From contig NZ_JACIGI010000007.1 of assembly GCF_014197795.1 (NCBI RefSeq), positions 1-32,000 on the forward strand: a DNA stretch of 32,000 nt, read 5' to 3'. Shown piece after piece: positions 8,176 to 16,437 of the stretch. Origin of the DNA: Roseospira goensis. GTDB taxonomy: Bacteria; Pseudomonadota; Alphaproteobacteria; Rhodospirillales; Rhodospirillaceae. How positions within the stretch are numbered: the first letter of the stretch is position 1; each line of letters starts with the position of its first letter. The position numbers and the translations under genes are program-made. The notes below the pieces were generated by a model. That model ran no database searches. It was not told the origin of the DNA and saw nothing but the letters and a program-made list of their open reading frames with translations.

Positions 8176-10037
8176 CCCTCGCCCTCATGACCTACACCTG
8201 CAAGGTCGCCGTCCGTTCGCCGTTCCTGTTTCGGGGCCTCGCGGCCGCGCCCTTCGGGGTTGACGCCACCGCGCTGCGCGACGATCAGGGCACGCCGATC
8301 ATCCCCATGGACCAGATCCGGGGCGTGCTGAAGGAAGCCCTGCGCGATCTGCCCGAGAGCGTCGTGCCGGCCCAGGGGCCGCTGTCCATCGACAAGTTGT
8401 TCGGCGTGAAAAGCGAGCGGGAAGACGCGGCCGGTACCGCCAATGAACCCGTCAGGCGCCGCATTCATTTCTCCGACCTCGTGGCCAAGGGGATCCTGCC
8501 CGATCCCACCGAGCCGGATGTGATCGAGGATCTTCCGGCGAACGGCGCCCACCATACCCGCATCGAAATCGACCCCAACAAAGGCACGGTGAAGACAGGC
8601 GCGCTTCAGGTCGTGGAGCTTGTCGCGCCCATGGGCGCCACGGTCCTGTTTTCGGGCACGGTAGAGGTTCTGGCGCCCGCCGCCGATCACGACCGCGTCA
8701 CGGACATGCTGTCCAAGGCCCTGGCGCTGGTCGGCTCCATCGGCGGCCTCAAAAGCCCCGGTTTCGGCGAGGTCGTGGAAGAGGCGACGTGCCTGACCCA
8801 CGAGAGCGGTGCGGTGACGTTGACCGAACCTGTGCCCAGGGACCTCGCCCGCGACCGCCTGCGCCTGAGTGTCACCTTCGACCGGCCGATTCTGGTGAAC
8901 ACGAAGCGATTGGCGGACAATGCCATCGAGAGCGCCCAAGTGATTCCGGGGGCGGTTTTCAAGGGCACGCTGGCCGACCGGCTGACCCATGCCGGCGCGC
9001 AGCCGACCAAGGGATTGCTGGGCGATGTCCTGGCCGTCCTCTCGGTCTCTCACGCTTGGCCGCTGTCCCGCGCGGGCGACCGGCTGTGCCGCCCACTGCC
9101 CCTGTCGCTGGTCGGCGCGGACGCGGACGGAACCCTGACGTTCGGCGATGCCCTCAGCGTACCCGACGGACGGGGCGCCATGATCGGCGGCCGCCCGGCG
9201 TGGTTCGTCGGCGACTGGAAGAGCCCGTGGTTCGAGCCGGGTGCCGAGGCGGCCGGATATCCGACGGCACAGGTCCGTGACCCGGTCGCCCGCACCCACA
9301 CCGAGATCCATTGGGATACCGGGACGGCCGCCGACCACATGCTCTACACCACGCTTCTTCAGCCAGTGCGGGAGATCGACGGCACACCCATCGCGTGGTG
9401 TCTCGACATCGACCTGGGCCAGGTTCCGGAGGGTAATAAGCGGCGGGTTGCCCAGGGCCTGATCGACCTGTTGACCACAGAGGGGTTGTACGGCGTCGGC
9501 GGTACCGGCGCGCGCGCCACTTTCACCGAGGACCCTGGCACCGTTGCGCCACCCCACGCGGCCCCGGTGCATGGAACGACCAACCGGTTCGCGCTGATGC
9601 TGGAAACGCCGGCGGTGCTGTTCGATCCGCGAGACGCGTGGCCGGCGGACGGATCGACCGTGCCGGCGCGAACGGTGTACGAAACGGCATGGGCCAGGCT
9701 GGTGCCCGGCGCCCGGCTGCTCTCGTTTTTCGCGGCGCAAAGCCTGGCCGGCGGGTACATCGCGCGTCGGCGCCGGGCGTACGGCAAGGACTGCTATGTT
9801 CCTTTTGTGCTGACCGATCCGGGCTCGATTTTCCTGATTGAGGTCAAGGACGACGCCGGCCGGGCGGCCCTCGACCAAGCGGTGCGGTTCGGCTTGAAAC
9901 CGGCTGCGTTCGGCACCGAGACGGTGACTTGGCGCACCTGCCCCTACATGCCCGAGAACGGCTACGGACGGGTGTCCACCACCTACCTGTCCCAGGCGAA
10001 TCAGGCCCGGCTTATGGAGGCGGTGACCCATGCCTAG
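8172..10037 (+). CDS. Fused RAMP protein (Cas7-like + second RAMP/Cas5-like + C-terminal region; possible Cas7-Cas5-Cas11 fusion)
   Basis: ATG at 8172 overlaps the cas10 TGA; 621 aa. First RAMP: PIIPMDQIRGVLKEALR, KLFGV, HTRIEIDPNKGTVKTGALQVVELV, G-rich loop GSIGGLKSPGFGEV. Second RAMP: LRLSVTFDRPILVN...IPGAVFKGTLADRL. The domain assignment beyond RAMP is inference. Confidence 0.65.
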   Translation: MTLALMTYTCKVAVRSPFLFRGLAAAPFGVDATALRDDQGTPIIPMDQIRGVLKEALRDLPESVVPAQGPLSIDKLFGVKSEREDAAGTANEPVRRRIHFSDLVAKGILPDPTEPDVIEDLPANGAHHTRIEIDPNKGTVKTGALQVVELVAPMGATVLFSGTVEVLAPAADHDRVTDMLSKALALVGSIGGLKSPGFGEVVEEATCLTHESGAVTLTEPVPRDLARDRLRLSVTFDRPILVNTKRLADNAIESAQVIPGAVFKGTLADRLTHAGAQPTKGLLGDVLAVLSVSHAWPLSRAGDRLCRPLPLSLVGADADGTLTFGDALSVPDGRGAMIGGRPAWFVGDWKSPWFEPGAEAAGYPTAQVRDPVARTHTEIHWDTGTAADHMLYTTLLQPVREIDGTPIAWCLDIDLGQVPEGNKRRVAQGLIDLLTTEGLYGVGGTGARATFTEDPGTVAPPHAAPVHGTTNRFALMLETPAVLFDPRDAWPADGSTVPARTVYETAWARLVPGARLLSFFAAQSLAGGYIARRRRAYGKDCYVPFVLTDPGSIFLIEVKDDAGRAALDQAVRFGLKPAAFGTETVTWRTCPYMPENGYGRVSTTYLSQANQARLMEAVTHA

Positions 10038-11424
10038 GCTGCGCTACGACATCAAAGGCACCCTGGAGACCCTGGCACCGCTGCATGTCGGAACAGGCGA
10101 ATGGCGCAAGGTGGCGACGGTCAAGGGCAAGGACGGCGCCAACACCCGACCCGACGTCGCGGCCCTGATGCGGGACGCGACCGGAACGCCGATGCTGCCG
10201 TCCACCACGCTCAAGGGGATGCTGCGCGGGTTGGCCGCCTCCCTTGGGAACAAGATTGCCAAACTCGACGCGGATGCCTTGATGGGAGAGATCAAGGGCA
10301 CCGCCGAGGAGGATGAAAAGGGCCGGCCGTTGCCTCGGGGCAGCATGGGCCTGCTGACCGTGTTCTGCGCCCCACGCACCGACGCGGTGCCGGACGCAAG
10401 CGCGATGCCCTTCGCCGATGCGCGCCCGATTGCCCAAGAAGGCCTGGGGGACGGCGTGTTCGTCGCCGCGCGCACCAGGATTGACGGGGCCAGCGGCACC
10501 GCCTCCGACGCGACCCTGTTCTTCCAGGAGATGGTCGCCAAGGGCACCCGCTTCGCGTTCCGTTGCCGGATCGAGGCCCGGGCGGGGCGGATCGACAAGG
10601 CCGAACAGGCCCTGGAAACGCTCAAGGTCCTGCTGGCCGCGTTGACGGCGGACGAAGGCGTGCCCCTGGGCAAGGGCCAGGCGGACGGCCTGGGGCGGGT
10701 CCGGTTGCGTCCGCAAACCCTGTCCGTGACGCGGCGAACCGTGGCCGACGACGGCACGTTCACCAAGACGCCGGTTGAGGATTTCGCCCTGCCGGAAGTG
10801 ATCGCGCCGCCCGAGGTGGACCGCATCCCCATCCGCCTGCGCTGCGACGGTCCGTTCGCCGTGATCGACGCCTCCCACAAGCGGGAGCGCGGTCGGCATG
10901 AGGGGGAAGAAGAGACACCGCATCTGAGTGCGCAGCGTGAAACCGAAGCCTTGCCTCTTCTGCTCGGCACGGGCGTTTCGGGAGCCCTGCGGGCGCGCGC
11001 GGCGTGGCTGTGGGCCCGCGACGCAGCGACCATCCGGGCGGCCGCAGGGGAGACCGAGGGACCGGTTCTGGACGACACAACGGTTGGACCGAAGGATCCC
11101 GTGGAGCGGCTGTTCGGACGGACGGGATTCCGTGGTCTGCTCTCCCTATCCGGAATGACCATTGCGGCGGATGCGCCCCTGAACCTTACGTCCGTGCGGA
11201 TTGATCGCTTCTCCGGCGCGCCGGTGGACAATGCCCTGTTCACGACAGCCGCGTTTATTGGGGTCGATCTGAGCTTCACGCTAACGCTCGGAGGCAGCGC
11301 CACGACGATAGACAGAGCGCTATTCAATGCTCTGTGCAGGGACATCAAGGCCACGGGCCTCATGCTGGGCCACGGCACAAACAAGGGCTTCGGCTGGTTC
11401 GACTGGACGGAGGACGCGGCATGA
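10030..11424 (+). CDS. Double Cas7 (Csm3/Cmr4-like) fusion protein
   Basis: 464 aa; the start overlaps the upstream gene by 8 nt. Two RAMP modules are visible. The first has LETLAPLHVGTGE...PMLPSTTLKGMLRG. The second has LLLGTGVSGALRARAAW...ERLFGRTGF...SVRIDRFSGAPVDNALFTTAAF and ends in the G-rich GHGTNKGFGWF. Confidence 0.7.
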   Translation: MPRLRYDIKGTLETLAPLHVGTGEWRKVATVKGKDGANTRPDVAALMRDATGTPMLPSTTLKGMLRGLAASLGNKIAKLDADALMGEIKGTAEEDEKGRPLPRGSMGLLTVFCAPRTDAVPDASAMPFADARPIAQEGLGDGVFVAARTRIDGASGTASDATLFFQEMVAKGTRFAFRCRIEARAGRIDKAEQALETLKVLLAALTADEGVPLGKGQADGLGRVRLRPQTLSVTRRTVADDGTFTKTPVEDFALPEVIAPPEVDRIPIRLRCDGPFAVIDASHKRERGRHEGEEETPHLSAQRETEALPLLLGTGVSGALRARAAWLWARDAATIRAAAGETEGPVLDDTTVGPKDPVERLFGRTGFRGLLSLSGMTIAADAPLNLTSVRIDRFSGAPVDNALFTTAAFIGVDLSFTLTLGGSATTIDRALFNALCRDIKATGLMLGHGTNKGFGWFDWTEDAA

Positions 11425-13796
11425 CCCTATCGCCCGACCTGATCGAAAAGGCCGTCGCCCTTCTTGAAACGTTTTCCAACATGCCGTCCCTTGAAGACGC
11501 CATGGATCACCTGTCGGAAGCGTACGAGCTGTCCGAGGCGGATCTTGAGGAGCTTGCCCGGCGGGCGATTTCCAGGCTCTCGGCGCCCCAACAGGCGAGG
11601 CCAGCCAGAAGCGGTCACCGCGAACGGCGCACCCTGAACGCCGACGTCGGCGCCCCCTTCCGGTTCGTGACCCTGAACGACATCGTCGCCCCCCGGGACA
11701 CCGACGCCGGCGCCCTCGATAAACCGATTCCCGGTGGCCTGTCCGCCCATATCGAGGTCCAGTGGATCGCCGAAACGCCCTTGCTGATCGGGGTCAAGAA
11801 TGCCCGGGGAATCACGGAGCCCATGACCCTTGGACCGGACGGACCACCGGTGATCCCCGGCGCCAGCCTGCGGGGGATGGTGCGGGCGGCCACGGAAATC
11901 GTTGCCATGGCACGCCTGGGCAGTGCCAACCTGCACCACAAATACGGTCTGCGTGACTTCGAGCACCCGACCTATGGCCAGGACCTTCCCGTGTCCGACG
12001 TTGATCAAGTCAAGGCCGGCTGGTTGACGTTGCGGTGGGACAACGACGTTGCGAGGAAAACCCCTGAAAACGCTTCCTGGGAAATCGCCTCTATTGGGCA
12101 CGAATGGTCCCATATTCCGGTGGATGATCTCGGAGCCGTCGTCGGGTCCGCCTTCACGGACAGAGCGAACTGGATTCAGACGTCACTTGAGGAAAAATAC
12201 GACCATCTCGGCATGACCCGTTCCCACGGCCATGACACTCTTTTTGACTTTGACAGGACCGTTTCTGTTTCCCATCCCCGCAAGGAAGAGACCGGCAATC
12301 GCCGCATGGTGCATCCGGGCGGTCCGGTCGAGGGCGTGGTCGTCTGTTCCGACAAGCTGCCCGGCAGCGGCGGCAACAAGAAGCTTGAATACGTGTTTCA
12401 CGGCCGCCCTGAGCCGGGCGTTGCTCTGAGCCCAGAGGTCGTGGAGACCTTCCTTCGCCTGTCCTGCAAGCCGTCGCGCAACAAGCCGGAACCGGACGGC
12501 TCGTTCAAGAAACTCCTGCCGACGTTGATGCGGGGGCATCGCGTTCCGGTCTTTTTCGTCGGCGATCTGAACCGGCAGGACGATAGCTTCTTCTTCGGGC
12601 TGACCCGTCTGTTCAAGGTTCCGCACAGATACAGTGTGGGCGACATTCTGGCCCGCCAGAAGGCCCACACCGAAGGTCGCGTGAACAAACGGGACGGCAC
12701 GGTCGTGGCCTACAATGCCGATTTCGTCGAGCACCTGTTCGGGTACGTCGTGGAGCGCGAGGACCTGGGCCTTGACGAAACCGACCGCATCGACCCCAAC
12801 CTCGCCGGCCGCAAGGGGCGCGTCGCGTTTTCCTTCGCCACGCTGGAGCCGGGGCAGACCCATCGCCTATCCGGCGAGGTGAGAGCGGCCATGATGGCGC
12901 CGCGCGCCTCCTTCGCGCCCTTCTATCTGCGCGGTCAGGCCGAACTCGACTACAGTTATCCCAATGACGTCCGCCTGGCGGGTCGCAAGCGGTATCTACC
13001 CCGGTTTCCGGAGGGGCGCACGCAGGAGGCCATGGCCGCCATAGAGGGCATGGCGGATCGCCAAAGAGCGCAGATTCAGGGCGCACGGAGCTCCGAGATC
13101 TTCTCCAAGATGCGCTTCCTGGTGCCCGGCCCGGGGCGAACCGACCTGCGGTTCCGCAGCCGAATCCGGATGCACAACGTGACGGCGGCGGAACTGGGGG
13201 CGGTTCTGTTCGCGCTGACGCACGGCGGCGATCGGTCGAAACCCTGTCGCCACATGCTGGGTCATGCCCGCCCATTCGGAGCCGGACAGATTCGCGTTGG
13301 CCGCGTCCGCCTCGTCGTCGACCCCAACGACGCCGACGCGGCGAAACACTGCTGTGAACCAGCCGGCCCGGACGACCTGATGTCCGAGGACGGCAGGACC
13401 GGCTTCTGCCCCCCGCATACGGATCAACGCCCCAGTCACGCTCTCCGGCCTTTTCTGGCCGCTTTCACGGCCTTCATGCGCCGGTCGAGGGCATCGAACG
13501 GGGCGGGCGTGCCCCGTTTCCCGGACGTTCCGGAAATCCGAGAGTTCGTTGGGGCCAGCATGCCGGAGGTGACGGCGCGGATCGGTCAGGCGCCCCTGGA
13601 TTACATGCGTTTGACATCGTTCAATGCCATCCGGAAGGCGACGAAGCCCCGCGAGGACCAGACGCGCCCGGCGGCCATCACCCCGGCTAATGGCGCGGCG
13701 CCGGTCCCGAGCGTGCGCGACCGTTTGCTTCCGGCGCCGCCGGCGGAGGTGCCGGCCGTGCCGACAAGTCCCAAGGGCGTTTCGACGAAGGGGTGA
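11421..13796 (+). CDS. Large Cas7-family RAMP protein with long insertion and N-terminal helical extension
   Basis: ATG at 11421 overlaps the upstream TGA (ATGA); 791 aa. RAMP hallmarks: HIEVQWIAETPLLIG, PVIPGASLRGMVRAATE, HLFGYV, GRKGRVAFSFATLE, MMAPRASFAPFYL, G-rich MLGHARPFGAGQIRV. A large insertion separates these motifs. Confidence 0.65.
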   Translation: MTLSPDLIEKAVALLETFSNMPSLEDAMDHLSEAYELSEADLEELARRAISRLSAPQQARPARSGHRERRTLNADVGAPFRFVTLNDIVAPRDTDAGALDKPIPGGLSAHIEVQWIAETPLLIGVKNARGITEPMTLGPDGPPVIPGASLRGMVRAATEIVAMARLGSANLHHKYGLRDFEHPTYGQDLPVSDVDQVKAGWLTLRWDNDVARKTPENASWEIASIGHEWSHIPVDDLGAVVGSAFTDRANWIQTSLEEKYDHLGMTRSHGHDTLFDFDRTVSVSHPRKEETGNRRMVHPGGPVEGVVVCSDKLPGSGGNKKLEYVFHGRPEPGVALSPEVVETFLRLSCKPSRNKPEPDGSFKKLLPTLMRGHRVPVFFVGDLNRQDDSFFFGLTRLFKVPHRYSVGDILARQKAHTEGRVNKRDGTVVAYNADFVEHLFGYVVEREDLGLDETDRIDPNLAGRKGRVAFSFATLEPGQTHRLSGEVRAAMMAPRASFAPFYLRGQAELDYSYPNDVRLAGRKRYLPRFPEGRTQEAMAAIEGMADRQRAQIQGARSSEIFSKMRFLVPGPGRTDLRFRSRIRMHNVTAAELGAVLFALTHGGDRSKPCRHMLGHARPFGAGQIRVGRVRLVVDPNDADAAKHCCEPAGPDDLMSEDGRTGFCPPHTDQRPSHALRPFLAAFTAFMRRSRASNGAGVPRFPDVPEIREFVGASMPEVTARIGQAPLDYMRLTSFNAIRKATKPREDQTRPAAITPANGAAPVPSVRDRLLPAPPAEVPAVPTSPKGVSTKG

Positions 13797-13840
13797 CCAG
13801 AGCCAGCGCGACCGGCCGGGACGGCCATTCCGACGAGTGT

Positions 13841-13875
13841 CCGGGCCTGCGCCCGGCAGGCCCGGGATTTCGTGA
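13841..13875 (+). terminator. Possible intrinsic terminator of the effector operon
   Basis: Perfect 10-bp GC stem CCGGGCCTGC-gcccg-GCAGGCCCGG followed by gatttcgtg, 45 nt after the stop at 13796. The T-tract is weak. Confidence 0.45.
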
Positions 13876-14080
13876 AAAAAGGCATTTATATCAGGAGGTT
13901 ACGGTTCATTCCATCGGATTGAAGATCAGTGGAAAACTGCAAGGCCATGTACTACCTGAAAGATTTTGACATGAAAACACGTCATTATAGATTTCTAAGG
14001 GTGAATCGCTCATTGGTTTTGCGTATGGGTGGAAAGTGGCCTAAAACATCGGCCTTGATCAGGGGGCTGCAAGGGGGTAA
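13876..14080 (+). promoter_or_regulatory. Putative leader of CRISPR array 2 (AT-rich)
   Basis: The most AT-rich segment of the window. TCAGTGGAAAAC lies at 13926-13937. The repeat-proximal part (tcggccttg...gggggt) is similar to the array 3 leader. Confidence 0.65.
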
Positions 14081-15924
14081 GGTGAACACCCTTCCGCTTA
14101 TCCACGCGGACTGAAACAGCTCCTCACTGGGGCCGGCCGGGAACGCTCGCCGGGGGGGTGAACACCCTTCCGCTTATCCACGCGGACTGAAACCACCATC
14201 CCCGGCACCCGGGTGTTCACCTGGAGGTGAACACCCTTCCGCTTATCCACGCGGACTGAAACTCTCCTCGGTGGAACCCCCCACTATGGGGGTTCGGTGA
14301 ACACCCTTCCGCTTATCCACGCGGACTGAAACATGATGATGCGTCCACACCGAGGGCGGCAGGGGTGAACACCCTTCCGCTTATCCACGCGGACTGAAAC
14401 ACACCATCGTTCTTGGTTGCAATCTGCTCGGGATGGTGAACACCCTTCCGCTTATCCACGCGGACTGAAACGCCGTTGTTCTGGTTCCAGCCCAGCTGGC
14501 TGATGGTGAACACCCTTCCGCTTATCCACGCGGACTGAAACGTACGATGACCATCCTTCATCACCAGCACCAAATCGGTGATGGTGAACACCCTTCCGCT
14601 TATCCACGCGGACTGAAACACATCCGCCTCAGGCAGAGGCTGCAACAGGGCATGCAGGTGAACACCCTTCCGCTTATCCACGCGGACTGAAACGCGCCGC
14701 GCGCAACCCCCGCCGCCGATCTTCGGGCAGGTGAACACCCTTCCGCTTATCCACGCGGACTGAAACGCGACCTCGTTGGACCCGCGCAGAGCGGCAGGTG
14801 AACACCCTTCCGCTTATCCACGCGGACTGAAACCCAACCCTGACCTCTTTTGCGACGCCTTTCGTCTGGGTGAACACCCTTCCGCTTATCCACGCGGACT
14901 GAAACTTGTACTGGGCCACGATGAAGCAGTCGCCAGACGCCAGGTGAACACCCTTCCGCTTATCCACGCGGACTGAAACAGATCCGCCGGTGCCGGCGGT
15001 TCCTTCTGGCCCTGGTGAACACCCTTGCGCTTATCCACGCGGACTGAAACGGCGTCCTGCAGGGCCTGGGCACCGATCGCGGTGCCGGTGAACACCCTTC
15101 CGCTTATCCACGCGGACTGAAACCTCCTGCCGGCGTGCGGCAAAACCACGGAGGGAAAGGTGAACACCCTTCCGCTTATCCACGCGGACTGAAACACCGG
15201 GCTGTCCACGTTCAGGTTCAGCGCCGCCTGGGCGCTGAAGGTGAACACCCTTCCGCTTATCCACGCGGACTGAAACAAGCGCGGCAACCTTCGCCATGAA
15301 CTTGCGCGTGGTGAACACCCTTCCGCTTATCCACGCGGACTGAAACACGAACCGGTCACGCACATGCACGCCATGTTGGGCGTGGGTGAACACCCTTCCG
15401 CTTATCCACGCGGACTGAAACTTTCAATGCCCGCACCTCCCTTAGAGTCGCTTGGGTGAACACCCTTCCGCTTATCCACGCGGACTGAAACGATGATCGC
15501 CAGGTACGCCCACTGCCAGAGCGCCAGGTGAACACCCTTCCGCTTATCCACGCGGACTGAAACACAGATACGATTTCCGCGACGGTTTTGTAATCCTGGA
15601 ATGGGGGTGAACACCCTTCCGCTTATCCACGCGGACTGAAACCTGTGTGTAGCCCTCTGTAGAGAAGATCTCGAGGGGTGAACACCCTTCCGCTTATCCA
15701 CGCGGACTGAAACTTTGTACGCGGCAATATCCACTTCGAGCCAAGGTGAACACCCTTCCGCTTATCCACGCGGACTGAAACTCCACATTGAGACGTTCAA
15801 TCTCGCCCTTGCCTTCAGGTGAACACTCTTCCGCCTATCCACGCGGACTGAAACGGCAGCGACCCAGGCAGCGTCCTCGGCAGCGGTGGTGAACACCCTT
15901 CCGCTTATCCACGCGGACCGAAAT
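14081..15924 (+). CRISPR. CRISPR array 2: 26 repeats of GGTGAACACCCTTCCGCTTATCCACGCGGACTGAAAC, 25 spacers (30-44 nt)
   Basis: Repeats located one by one: 14081, 14157, 14226, 14296, 14364, 14435, 14505, 14583, 14657, 14730, 14797, 14869, 14943, 15014, 15087, 15159, 15240, 15310, 15385, 15455, 15527, 15606, 15677, 15745, 15818, 15888. Variant repeats occur at 15014 (one substitution) and 15818 (two). The terminal repeat at 15888 ends in ccgaaat. This distal decay fits a leader on the left. Confidence 0.98.
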
Positions 15925-16118
15925 GGCCGGCGACGGCCGGCCATCCCGAGGGAGCGCAGCGAGCCGAGGGACCTCGTCCGGCCGGGCAATCCGATGAGGG
16001 GCGCGCGTTTTTGCTTGGGAGATCCCGCGCCTCCCGTGGAGGCTTCGCAGTGAAGTGCGGACGCTACCCGATTGTCCACGCGGCCAGGGGCGGAAAGGGA
16101 GCGCCCGGTCTGGCACCG

Positions 16119-16430
16119 TCACAGCAGCCAGAAGTCCTGGTCCTCGGCCAGCGGCGTGCCGGTGCCGTGCACGGCGCAATGCGGTCGGCCGTCGGCCGAT
16201 ACCGCATAGACGCGCAAGGAATCCCCGCCCTCCAGGTGAACCGCCGCCTCCCGCGCCAGCCGGTCGGCACGCGACGGCGTCATGCGGGCCTCGAACACGC
16301 TCTTCTGCACCCGCGTGGCGTGGTCCTCCAGCACCGCCGCCACCCGCCGCCGCGCCGCCGCGCGGGCGATGTCGTAGCAGAACACCATCAGCATCTCGGT
16401 GCGGCTCACCGTCCCGTCCTCCCGGCCCAT
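16119..16430 (-). CDS. cas2: Cas2
   Basis: MLMVFCYDI...RRRVAAVLEDHATRVQKSVFE is the classic Cas2 N-terminal beta-strand/ferredoxin pattern. The gene lies directly downstream of RT-cas1, whose stop is at 16438-16440. The start is ambiguous: ATG at 16430 (103 aa) or at 16394 (91 aa, beginning MLMVFCYDI). Confidence 0.85.
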   Translation of the reverse strand: MGREDGTVSRTEMLMVFCYDIARAAARRRVAAVLEDHATRVQKSVFEARMTPSRADRLAREAAVHLEGGDSLRVYAVSADGRPHCAVHGTGTPLAEDQDFWLL

Positions 16431-16437
16431 GCCACGC

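Noticed and set aside
8106-10031. 641-aa minus-strand ORF mirroring the RAMP fusion gene. Similar mirror ORFs: 10044..11384(-), 16399..18579(+), 19502..21910(+), 26084..28036(+), 25227..26555(-), 908..2152(-), 2159..3205(-)
   Set aside because: These are typical high-GC antisense or off-frame ORFs. Their composition is Arg/Gly/Pro/Ala-dominated with no recognisable motifs. The opposite strand or frame carries clear family signatures (RAMP, RT-Cas1, integrase, Dxs).
14313-16079. Several minus- and plus-strand ORFs across array 2 (14313..14738, 14674..14967, 14886..15287, 15031..15393, 15402..15734 and others)
   Set aside because: Same artefact: the repeated FQSAWISGRVFT / VSVRVDKRKGVH blocks are repeat translations.
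16055-16091. Possible relic CRISPR repeat (contains tccacgcgg, ~19/37 identity to the repeat) about 130 nt past the end of array 2
   Set aside because: Identity is too low and the spacing is irregular. It could be a decayed repeat or chance similarity, and it cannot be supported by eye.
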